DNA from: Lepidodermella squamata
Lineage: Eukaryota > Animalia > Gastrotricha
Reading direction: 5' to 3'
NCBI GenBank assembly: GCA_047495785.1
Contig: JBLDXI010000042.1
Location: forward strand, 3,472,001-3,536,000
Length of the DNA stretch: 64,000 nucleotides
A program made the position numbers and the translations under genes. Each line of letters starts with the position of its first letter. The first letter of the stretch is position 1. Below, in pieces: positions 34,501 through 43,771 of the stretch. The notes under the pieces were generated by a model, which was not told the origin of the DNA, ran no database searches, and worked only from the letters and a program-made list of their open reading frames with translations.

Positions 34501-36754
34501 GCTGAACAAGGGAGGCCAACAAGCGAAATCGCAACTCTGACCGCTGCAGATCCAACAACGACGCTCGGGTTCCAGGCCGCTGAAACACCCAAACAAAAGA
34601 AAATGCGCCTTCATAAGCTCATCAACATGTGAGCGTCGTTGATCGAGAAAAACTATTGGCGACCTACTTGGCCCATTCCGCCGGTGCTTTTTTTTTACTG
34701 GAACATTTCCTACATTATGACAAATTTTGCCTGCTGATGTGCATCACATGATCTGCAATAGTAATACTATCCTAGTAAAATGACTCGCCAAACATAACTG
34801 AAATTGTGAAACTGAGTCGCAAGCTATGTATTAGTTAAGCTCGTTTTACTGGTGTTCGAGAACGGGTATTCTGACGTTACCAAAAAAAAGTGGCAAAAGT
34901 AGCGAAAAGAAAGTGGACCAGGCTCAAAATGCAGTAGCACAGATTTCTCGCGAGGTTCGGGAGAAATCGAACGAGTTCGCGAGCTGGTGTCAAACCTAAC
35001 GACGGAAGCTGATGTGTTCACCGTTGAAGAAGAACCATGAAGAACAACCGATTTTTTCCGATTTCATTGTATCGAAAAGGGCAGAAAACGAGATAAAAAT
35101 AAAATACTTGATTACTTTTGTTTTTATTTAGGTGTTGAAATGGGTAAAAGAATCAAGTTGGAGCTCCACGTCCCAAGCAGTGCCATGAGCTCTGTTAGAA
35201 AATTCAACAAAAACCTGAGAGCTGTTTCGAAATTCATCGCTAAAGTTGGTTTGACTGTGAGAAAGAAAACGCTACGCTGCTCTTCTCAAGTTGGCGAAAA
35301 AGCAGCAAGTCTTCCGCAAATTATGGAATTCAACTTATCCTCAATAGTTATGACTAGTTATGTCTGTGAAATTGTCGATATCTACTCGAATAGCTAAATA
35401 CTTCAAATTTTCCGGGTGCGATTAACAATAATAGATACAAATTTGAGCAAATTGAATTTAAGCTTTAAATGGATGTGCGCAAGACTCCTGATGCATCTTA
35501 AAAAATTTCGCTTACAAATCCTACCAAATCCTTAACGGTTAATGTAATGAACGAAGGGTTCTTTACCTCAAGCATGGAAGTCAGCAGTAGCTTATGAGCT
35601 TTCATAAGCGGCTCAGTTTGAGAAGCTCTCGCCAGCATGAAATCAACTGCCTCCGCAAATTCATCGTCTTTCTTCAACAAATGCTTCAGCAGCGGTTTCA
35701 GACGCTCGAAAATCGATGGAAATTCGATGGGATGCGTAGTTTCGAAATGTTTCATCGCATCCGGAACAGTTACTGTTAAAAAAAACAAATTTTCAAGGTG
35801 CTGAATCAATGAAATTTCGACTCACTAGTTCGACCATTCAAAATGTCAAAGATCGGTGGTAAATCTTTTGGGAGCGAACAATCGACGCCATGCTTGTGGC
35901 GATTGCGTGGTGATCGATTTAGCAGGTAAGATTCGATTTCTTCAACATCTTTCGTCCGATTGTCGACCATCAAACGTCGGATCAAATCGTAGATGTAGCA
36001 CGAATACGCTTCCCAGTGTTCGTGCACGCTTCGAAGCGAAGATGATTTCGTCGAAATTTCATCGGCATTACGCAACAAGGCGTCCAAATAGGTCACAGCG
36101 ACTGATTTTGGCTCCAGTTGCGCAAAATGGCGGAAATAAATTCGGAACGTTCGCACAGGCAGAATTTTGCTGATCACCAACAAGTTTAGAAACCTTTTAA
36201 AATTTGAAAATTTGACATCTTTGATGAGATAAATAAATTTTATGACGAACTTCAAGCGTTTCAAAAAATCATCGCCACATGGTCCATTCATTTCTGGCAT
36301 CACGAGAGCTTCTGATTCCAAAACATCAACAAACTTGCAAGAAGACTTTCTCCCCGCATCAGCCAAACTGCCTTTTACATTCACTGACAGCTGAAAGTAA
36401 AAAATTGTAATTTTACTTGAATTTCTCGATTGCCTTTTACCGATTCAATGTCGTATATAATGTCCGTTAAAGCTCGTTGATATCTTGACTCAGATGAATA
36501 TCCCTGGGAAAACGTAATTAGCACATCGTATAAGTTCAGAAAAATCATTTTCAGACCTTGCAGAGGATTGCGTAAACATCAGCTCGAAATTCGGATTTTA
36601 AGGAGGATTCGCTTAAGATGGTCTTCAACGTCGAGCAGGCCGATTTGATCTGAGGTTTTGACAAATTTGACTCGATATTATCGAGAAATTCAAGAAGTTT
36701 TGATGAAGGCGGATGAGTTGGAGCAAGCATCTGATTATTTGCATCTTTCTCCAT
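22523..36754 (-). CDS. Tandem MIF4G-like repeat protein, paralog D; 3013-bp TE-filled intron plus ~7.4-kb TE-rich insertion (may be disrupted)
   Basis: ATG 36754; exons to ~35460, resuming ~28000 (FHNELCKLDLL..), then 26739-27555, 26290-26720, intron 26289-23277, LIGKLFNDRLVPVSYFISYIDAMI..DIMEDILLMQE|NGWVP (clearest MIF4G match), end KRISLR* at 22523. Confidence 0.65.
24005..24233 (+). pseudogene. Isolated exon of a CHD/SNF2-family chromatin-remodelling ATPase
   Basis: ttctttag|...RRTLSTVEIEIPQKAVRNLRVPMTPRQKAKYEDIM...LKKCANHIDLITKP...|gtaggt; matches the SNF2 LRR.K..V...LP.K.E..L...M...QK..Y...LKKCCNH region. Confidence 0.75.
24781..24916 (+). mobile_element. Gag/ORF1-type CCHC zinc knuckles (retroelement remnant)
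   Basis: CTWCNRTDHKSIAC and CDYCGRKNHLLPAC (CX2CX4HX4C twice, 24818-24916); KCQRFGH just upstream in another frame. Confidence 0.75.
25078..25200 (+). mobile_element. CACTA/EnSpm-like transposase C-terminal fragment
   Basis: YSAFNPESFYGNILKLFISSNDPLRQIATR (saF.fE...g.l.......p..Qi motif). Confidence 0.65.
25763..26030 (+). mobile_element. Non-LTR (LINE) reverse transcriptase fragment
   Basis: MYCDTKSAVSV...VKQGDPLSSLLFCLYIDDL...ILFADDVVILS (QG and FADD motifs). Confidence 0.9.
28100..28480 (+). mobile_element. CACTA/EnSpm-like transposase C-terminal fragment
   Basis: HGILSDYDEFGLESYYGRLARFVTGPNHPIDQIAKW. Confidence 0.65.
28884..29036 (+). mobile_element. Buster/SPIN-type hAT transposase fragment
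   Basis: RASFEIAWKIARSKKPFAEGDFIRK (AS..vA..IAk..KPft.Ge.ik motif). Confidence 0.8.
29585..29730 (+). mobile_element. BED zinc finger of a hAT transposase
   Basis: WLVYQQV....NYVKCVSASCSK....DGTGTIKRHTC. Confidence 0.7.
31390..31600 (+). mobile_element. Ty1/copia Gag (UBN2-like) fragment
   Basis: WMKEDAQVRIFIDHHVGADLKHLITGDTAKVQWKSLNKFF (W...D.....I...v......TAk..W..L...f). Confidence 0.7.
32230..32340 (+). mobile_element. hAT C-terminal dimerisation-domain fragment
   Basis: WLFSISPSSERLFSISDHFINPRR (sER.FS.......rR). Confidence 0.65.
32870..32950 (+). mobile_element. CR1/L2-type reverse transcriptase fragment
   Basis: VTNRVPQGSVLGLILFLFFINEI (GVPQGSVLGP.LF..yIND). Confidence 0.8.
33518..35437 (+). 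repeat. ~105-bp direct repeat (33518-33623 and 35333-35437)
   Basis: tagttatgactagttatgtctgtgaaattgtc.atatctactcgaata...tttccgggtgcg in both copies. Confidence 0.85.
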
Positions 36755-36873
36755 CGTATAAAAATCCTAAATGAAGCACCCACAAATTTAGAGAATAACT
36801 TTAATAATATAATCTCAAATCTCAAAAGGAAAAATTGTAAATTTTGGAAAAAAAATTCAATGAGCAAGGCAGT

Positions 36874-38809
36874 TCATTTCCTCGAACTTCGTTCGATGGT
36901 AATGGCAGAGCTTCCAGCAGCAGCAGCATACTGATTTGAATTAAACAGCATATGTAAATTGTTCGCAATGTAATCGTTCAACAACTTGATAACTTGAGTG
37001 CGATTATTCTGCAGCGCCAAATCATTTCCCGTTAAACCAGCTAAATCATAGATAATAAACAATTCTGGCATCTGATTGAGCACAAAGCTTGCAACGTCGA
37101 GGGAACCATGAGCGCAAGCAATATGAAACAACGTTTGGCCGAGATGATTTGCGGCTCGAATGCTTGCCCCAGCGTTGATCAAGTACTTTAAAACCCGAAT
37201 AGAATTTTTCTCCGCAGCCAAAAGGAGAGGAGTGAGATAATCCTTGTTGTAACACTCCAACTCAGCGCCATATTTCACCAAAATCTTCGCCGCTTCGACA
37301 TTATCATTGGCAGCAGCTTCATGAAGAGGCGTGTGTAACCTACCGCCTATGACGGAATTAACCAATTTCGGATATGTTTTGGCTAGGAATTCAGTCATTT
37401 TCTTGCAATTTTTCGAAACAGAAGCATGTAAGACTGTCGCTTTGTTATTTGTCTTCACAATGATTTTCACATTGAATTCAGCAATGATAAATTTGAGCAG
37501 ATCGACGTTATCCGAACCGGCAGCGGCGTGGAAAACTCTGATGCCATTGCTCGTCCAGAGGGCAATTTTTCGCATTTCATTTGGTGGCAAATTACCAACA
37601 GTCGAGCGCAGTTGCTTGAAAAGTTCCAAATCGCCATTTTCCGCAGCTTCGTGAAATTTCGGCAGCAATTTATTCACTTGCGCAGAGGTTGCTCGAGCGA
37701 GTGGAAGCAATTTAGGTACCTCATCTGCTTCTCGATTTTCAGGCTCTTTGGCCTCAACACTGGCAGTTTTAGGGATTTCTGCGACCTGCCTCGTCGGTTT
37801 TGACTTCTCCTTCCAAACAAGGGCACTTTCTAGTGGCAAAGCAGAAAAGCGTTCGATGAGTGAATTCGACAGAATTTGCTGTGAGCCAATAGTCAATTCT
37901 GTAGAGGATATTGTCGCATCGAAGTTTTCGAATTCCTTGAGAAATTTATCACGAGAAGAAACAAGACGATACAGGTTATTGACTTCGTTCAAATCCATAT
38001 GAAGAGCGGATTTTTCTCGGAAACTCTTCACAACATCATCGCTCAATGAAATCTCAGACAACTTGGCCGAAATCTCATACAAATGACTGAGTGTTTCTGT
38101 TGTCGCAGTTTCAATCAGCTGATATAAACGCTGTTTTTTGTCATTCATTATTGCTTCAATTTTTTTGGCGATTTCTGCGCAAGCCAAATCAACTTGCTTT
38201 TGCGCAGAATTGGCATTATCTTCGACAGCTTTTCGAATTCTGTCAAGCGCCTCAGAAATAATTGGACCGAAGTTATTCGTTTTCTGAGAAAAATGATGTG
38301 TGAAAAGTTGGACATTTTTTAGAAAACTCAATACCAACCTTTCCTACAATTGAAAGAATTTCGAGCTTAATTCGCTCTTTATGAATAATTTCGCAGCAAT
38401 TGCAGAACGTGTAGTCACAATGGCCACATTTCTTCCCGCCATTACCGGTATGAGGACAGAAAACACCGGAATCTTCTATTTTCGGCTCAGCATCGAAATC
38501 TTTCTCTTCTTCCTCCAAAATCGACAGCCGATACACTTCAACCATTTTCAGCAGCTTCGTATTAGTTTTTAATTCAGATGGGTCACAATCAATCCAGCTA
38601 ATTTCGCCGCATTTCGGGCACGTAACTTCACCAGCCTCTGTTACCATCGATTCGATGCAGCTAAGGCATACGGAATGGCCACATTGCGGCAAATTTTTCG
38701 GATTTTTCAATAATTCGCTGCATTTTTTACACGCCAAAGCGTTAAGTAAATCCGAATTACTTGATTGTTCAGACGGCCTGGTAATAACGGAAGAACAAGA
38801 AGAAAACAT
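36874..38809 (-). CDS. RING + B-box-like + coiled-coil + ankyrin-repeat protein (TRIM-like E3 ligase), copy 1, ~626 aa
   Basis: Exon 1 38809-38339: C3HC4 RING (CKKC..LPQCGHSVCLSC..CPKC) and CPH-x7-CGHC-x4-CNCC-x3-H. 55-bp intron. Exon 2 38283-36874: heptad-rich helix then ankyrin repeats (TPLHEAA, TPLLLAA, TLFHIAC). Confidence 0.9.
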
Positions 38810-38817
38810 CTAAAAAT
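38810..38817 (-). promoter_or_regulatory. Putative trans-splice acceptor directly before a start codon (representative of one per gene)
   Basis: tattttttag-like U-rich AG abutting ATG 38809, 124 bp after the upstream stop. Similar AGs at ~3367, 7198, 10800, 18116, 22410, 36768, 43710, 47868, 49750, 52992, 56803, 61591. Confidence 0.55.
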
Positions 38818-40843
38818 ACCATTAAAAAATTGTCATTACTTCATAAATTGATATTAAAAAAATCAACAAGGTCAGATCATAGGTTTTGTCAACTCATCAT
38901 CATAATCTCTCACAATCAATGTCTATTTTGATCATTATTTCGGGATATCCTCAGTCGAAGTATCATGGGCCAAGCCGTAACCTTCAAGCAGTCCAACAAC
39001 CTGGGCTTGATTCCTCCTTTTAGCCACCATTAGACCAGTCGCGCCAGACGAGTTCGGCACCGAAACCAGGCCAGGGAATTCGACTAAAATAAATTTGAGG
39101 ACAAGCAGTGAACTCTTCTTACAAGCGAGATGGAAAACAGTAGCGCCGCTCTTATCCTTAGCGTTAACATCAGCACCACGTGAAATCAAGAATTTGAAGA
39201 CACGAAGTGCATCTTTGCAAGCAGCGCTAAGCAGCGGGGTTCGATCGATATCGTCACGAGCTTCAATATCAGCACCACCTTTCAGCAAAAGCTCAGCAGC
39301 GTTCAGACTATCGCGACCTGCCGCGTCGTGCAAAACAGATGACAGAGTAGTGGGATTACGCACAGTGAGCAATTTCGGCTCAACTCGCAGCAAATATTCG
39401 ATGGAGTTTGTTCGATTTAAAACAGAGCATAGACCAAGAGCGCTGGATTGGTAATCCATAGTTTTCAAAAAGAGATCAGGCTTGAATTTTTCAACAATGA
39501 ACTGCAGCAATTCAGCGTTGTCAGAAAAAGCAGCCGAATGGAAAATTGAAAAAGCGCCATCAAAATTGTGGGCGAAATCGCGAAGTTCTTCAGCGCTGCG
39601 ATTCTTCATTTTTTCGTATAAATCAACAAAAAACTCGAGATCGCCAGTTCGGGCAGCTTTGTGAATTTTCGACATGTAAAACTGGTTAGGGACGAATAGC
39701 CCGAGCTTTTCATGTTTTGCATTCTGATCAATCTGATGCGGCTTTTTGTCAAAATTCACCGAGCTAGTCCGATCTCGCCAGATCATGGCATTTTCAGGCG
39801 GCACCTCCAAAATAGATTTCAGCAATGACATTGGAAATATTTCGAGCGGATCGATCGTCAGCTCCTTTTCAAAAGCTTCAGCTTTGAATTTTTCCAACGA
39901 ATCCAAGTTTTTTGAATGGACCCAATTTTTAAATGCAGATCAGCAGCTTCATCCAGGGTCAGAGATTTCTCCCGAAAACCATCGTCCAGGGCGGTTTCTG
40001 GGAATTTGGCGGTGAATTGCTCAAGCTTTGATTTGGTTGATAAGTCGATTAAATCGAACATTCGACGCTTTTTGCTGGCAATGATTGCCTTGAATTTTTC
40101 CTCGATTTTTTGACACGCTTCTTGGGCTCGCATTTTAGCCAGATCGGCCTCGTTTTCAATGCCGTTGCGCACCTGCTCCAACGAGTCTTTTACCGAGAGC
40201 TGGGCGATGTTTTCCTAAAAATAAATGGACAATGTATAAATTACATAAACAATTTGTGTTCCCCGCCGCCTTAATATTCTCCATCTCCGAAAAATCAATC
40301 CAAGAAGGAACTTAGAGAAGCGTGATTTATGCATTCGAAAAGTGGACCATGAACAAACAGTTTTGATTCATTCTATCATGAAGTTCAGCGCAATTTACTG
40401 ATAATTTAAAGAATGAAAGAGAAAACTGCGTATAGGACGAAATCCCGTGCCAATTACTCAAATGCGTTATTTTTCAGTTACTCTTTCCTAGACAAGTTAC
40501 CTAGCCATCATTATATAACAACTCAGATTTTTCGACCCATCTTTCATTCTTCAATTCTCGATAATTTAGTTGCCCATTGGCCGTAGTAACAACAGCCACT
40601 TTTTAACGAAGCTCAGTCGAAATAAGATTAAATTGGCAGCTATTCGGCAACACTTGGATGCCATGAAGGCCGAGGCAGCGTTCAACAAAACAACGAAAAG
40701 AATCTCATTCCACGATGGCGTCCTTATCTCAAGCCCAGTCATCAACTATTCTCGGTAGATGTGAGCGAAACTGATCCAAACGAAATTCACTCAACGTATT
40801 TCCTAGCATTTATATTGACATTTTTTATTATAATATATAAATG

Positions 40844-41000
40844 TATTGCTGTGCCAGATTTGCAACGAGCAACCAGACGCCGCAAGTTCGTTCGTGTGTA
40901 ATGAATGCAAAAACCTCTTCTGCGGTAGATGCCACGAAACATGGGGTCGAATCAATCCGACTTGTGCCAATTGCCGATCGGCGGATGGCTATTTCCAAGT
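40844..41000 (+). pseudogene. RING-like (C4C4-type) zinc-finger exon fragment, antisense inside the TRIM copy 2 intron
   Basis: LCQICNEQPDAASSFVCNECKNLFCGRCHETWGRINPTCANCRS..FQ|gtgagt. Confidence 0.65.
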
Positions 41001-41026
41001 GAGTGTCTAGCTCATTGTTCTATATA

Positions 41027-41225
41027 CAGTGAAACCCCGATTTGGCGTCATCTACGGGCCGGCCAAAAAATCGGGCTGGAAATCCGAAAAGACGGATAAT
41101 CTGGGTCAATTTACATGCAATGTAATGCTGCGGGGAAAAATGAAGATTTTTCATCCCCTTATCTTTTGCATACCCGGATTTCCCGCAGACGGAAAATAAA
41201 AGGACGCCAAATCGGGGTTTCACTG
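41027..41225. mobile_element. 199-bp Tc1/mariner-type MITE with perfect 23-bp TIRs and TA target duplication
   Basis: TA-cagtgaaaccccgatttggcgtc ... gacgccaaatcggggtttcactg-TA. Confidence 0.92.
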
Positions 41226-41471
41226 TATTATTGATCGTTAATGAGATTCTTGGGCAACGAGAGCAACAGCAGCCAATCATCGAGGTCCTGCCCTCTCAGC
41301 GAAAAATCTGCGAGGTGCCGATTCTTGTATGATTTTTTGTGTAGTCAGTAGTGCTCATTACGGTTTGCGGTTTACATAATGGAAAAAAGCCGTGGGAAAC
41401 GATGCGTTGAAACAAGGTTCTGTCTGTCTCGCACTCTGTCACAAGCTTAGCTCACCTGATTCGCCTAATAG

Positions 41472-41914
41472 CAGAGATGATCATGGGTCGGGTCACCTTA
41501 GTATATGGGTCCTTTGGTTCAAGTTTTTGCGTCCTTTACAAATGTCTTGTGTCGCCTTGAATGGCCCACGCTCATCCGAAGCTGAAAGGCATTTCAGCTC
41601 GCTGGGAACCACGGCTACGCCAGACAGAGCCCGGCTTAAGCCCGAAGTTGTAGAGACGCAAATGTTGCTGTTTCAAGCCATGAAAAGTGGACACCTGGTC
41701 TGTGATTTGTGAGCTAGAAGATATGTGAAAATCTTTGCACTTTTTGACAATTGAGAATATAGCGCGGCACGCATAAAAATAACGTAATCAGTAATCTGCT
41801 TCAAATTACGTAATTGAGTTATGTGGGTCACATGGGTTATAAAAGTTGGGTCCTGGGCCCCCGCCATGGATATCCTCGGGTCTTGAGTTGCTTTTTTACC
41901 CATTCTCATCTCTG
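41472..41914 (+). mobile_element. Non-autonomous hAT derivative with 17-bp imperfect TIRs and dimerisation-domain coding only
   Basis: cagagatgatcatgggt ... acccattctcatctctg (15/17 match); internal SSEAERHFSSLGTTATPDRARLKPEVVETQMLL; gggtc subterminal repeats. Confidence 0.75.
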
Positions 41915-41949
41915 GTTCCGACAGTTTGCGGAGGAGCTGGAGGATTTTG

Positions 41950-42200
41950 CACTGGCTCTTGCGTGGTAAAACAGTCGATCGTTTTCTCAAACTCCTGGAG
42001 ACAATTCTGATATTTGCTCAAGAAGAAAGCTTAGAGTTCGACTAACGTCTTCTGACTTCAAAATTCAAGGTGGAGCTGGCTTTCGTTTCTGATGTATCGG
42101 ATGAATAATAACAGCAAATTTCAAAATCGAACCTGTCCATGTTTGAAGTTGGAGACTTCGCAGCCTTCAAAGCGCTGTTTGATGACTGGTTGACGTTTGT
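41950..42200 (+). mobile_element. Buster/SPIN-type hAT transposase fragment
   Basis: HWLLRGKTVDRFLKLLETILIF...VELAFVSDV (RWLSRGK.L.RF..L / LAFL.D). Confidence 0.8.
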
Positions 42201-42660
42201 CGAAGAATCAGACTTTGACCTCTATTCAACGAAACTTTGTCTGCTCTGGAAGAAAAGAATCACCCCTTGCTGCTAGATTACCTTCCGATGCACAAGGATG
42301 AATGCAAAACAGGATTCAATTTCCGAGACGACAAGCGATTCACAATCGTGATTCAAGCGTACGATTTCGCAGCTCGGACAGTTCTGAGGCTGCTTCAATC
42401 AGTAACAAGACCATGGCATTGCCTCAAGCCGGCGAGAATGAATGATTCAAATCGAATTTGCCGGGTACTCACGGCCGCGAGTCGCTTCTGCGCAGGCTTC
42501 GTTAAATTGGTTACGGAGACATTGGGTTATTCTGGCTACACAACAATCGTCTCGTCCTGAGTTGCAAGGATTCTTATTTGATTTTGTCTTTAAAAACCAT
42601 CAAATTAGCATTAATATACGGAGAAAGTTGGAATATACTGTGGAGACTCCGCCGGCCATT

Positions 42661-43192
42661 TTAGGCTCCGACCACAAACTGCTACATGTTAGGCTTGGAC
42701 CATACTGATTCATACTTTGAAATATCATTAGCCCGTGCCAATTTTTTTATTTCATTTCCTTAACCATTGTAATTCTCTCGGTGAAATATTTGTTCAAAAT
42801 TATGAAAGAATAGCTTGACTACATCTATTTCGGTTGACGAATCCTCAAGTCGTCGAGGCCGTGGCAACAGCTGCAACGTAGAATAACGTATCACTGTTTT
42901 TCCGATGATTAAATGTGTTATTCCGATGAATTAATTGGTTTCAATGGGTAAAATAAATAATCCGATGGTTCCGATGGTTTAAGACAAAACTAGCACGATA
43001 AAAGTATTTAATGTTCCGATGATTTGATATTACTTCTTAGGCTCCGACCACAAACTGCTAAATGTTAGGCTTGGACAATACTGATTTATACTTTGAAATA
43101 TTATTTGCCCGTGCCAATTTCATTTCATTTCCTTAACAACTGTCATTGTCTCGGTGAAATATTTGTTCAAAGTTATGAAAGAATAGCTTGAC
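42661..43192 (+). repeat. ~157-bp direct repeat (42661-42819 and 43037-43192)
   Basis: ttaggctccgaccacaaactgcta.atgttaggcttggac ... ttatgaaagaatagcttgac in both copies; the spacer carries several tccgatg units. Confidence 0.9.
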
Positions 43193-43771
43193 CCATAAAT
43201 TATCAAGTAGAAAAACCTTTTCAAGCCGTTCCAAGATTTCGCTCCTGATCCTCTCGACATGAGCGGTTTCACGGGAACAGCAAAATTCCAAGTTGCAATG
43301 CTTGCAAGTTTTGCGGTCGAGACTCGAATGAGAACACGATTGAGCAGCGGCCTGAACCACCGGACCATTTTTCTCCACAGCTTCACTGCCAGCAACCCCA
43401 CCAGAATGAAATCTGGCGAAAGCATCCACTGTGTTCTGTAATTTTTCATTCGTCTTCAGCAGCGAAACGTCACAGTCAATCGAATTGATTTCTTGACACT
43501 TCGGACAGGTAATTTCTCCGATTTTCGAAACGCCAGATTGAATGCATGCCATACATAGTGAATGTTCACAATGAGGTAAAATTTTCGGGATTTTGAACAG
43601 GTCGTGACAAAATCCGCAGGTCAGCGCCATGCGAAGTTCGCGATTATTCGCCAACGCACGCGGTCGATCGGAATACATTCCAAAAAAAATACAAAATAAT
43701 AAAAAAATCTAGAAAAATGCGATTATTGTTCAACAACAAGCTCAAATTTTATTCTAGTATAAAAAATCAAA

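Larger units (their letters stand above)
38935..43678 (-). pseudogene. TRIM-like RING-B-box-CC-ankyrin copy 2; 3002-bp intron; 1-nt frameshift (pseudogene or assembly error)
   Basis: Exon 1 43678-43217, intron 43216-40215, exon 2 40214-38935 (1280 bp, not a multiple of 3). One extra base in the T6 run at 39908-39913 restores ..GSIQKNLDSLEKF.., collinear with copies 1 and 3. Confidence 0.8.

Noticed and set aside
3681-36754. Naming the family eIF4G, UPF2 or NCBP1
   Set aside because: Only fold-level motif resemblance; the many divergent copies lack other recognisable hallmarks, so no symbol was assigned.
39905-39916. Programmed -1 ribosomal frameshift at AAAAAAC
   Set aside because: The heptamer is phased AA AAA AC rather than A AAA AAC, and the two paralogs are in frame without it.
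41464-41922. 8-bp target duplication for the hAT derivative
   Set aside because: The flanks cctaatag and gttccgac do not match.
14835-43216. The 3-kb cassettes as copies of one Pack-type or Helitron element
   Set aside because: No shared termini, TIRs, target duplications or internal homology between cassettes could be seen by eye.
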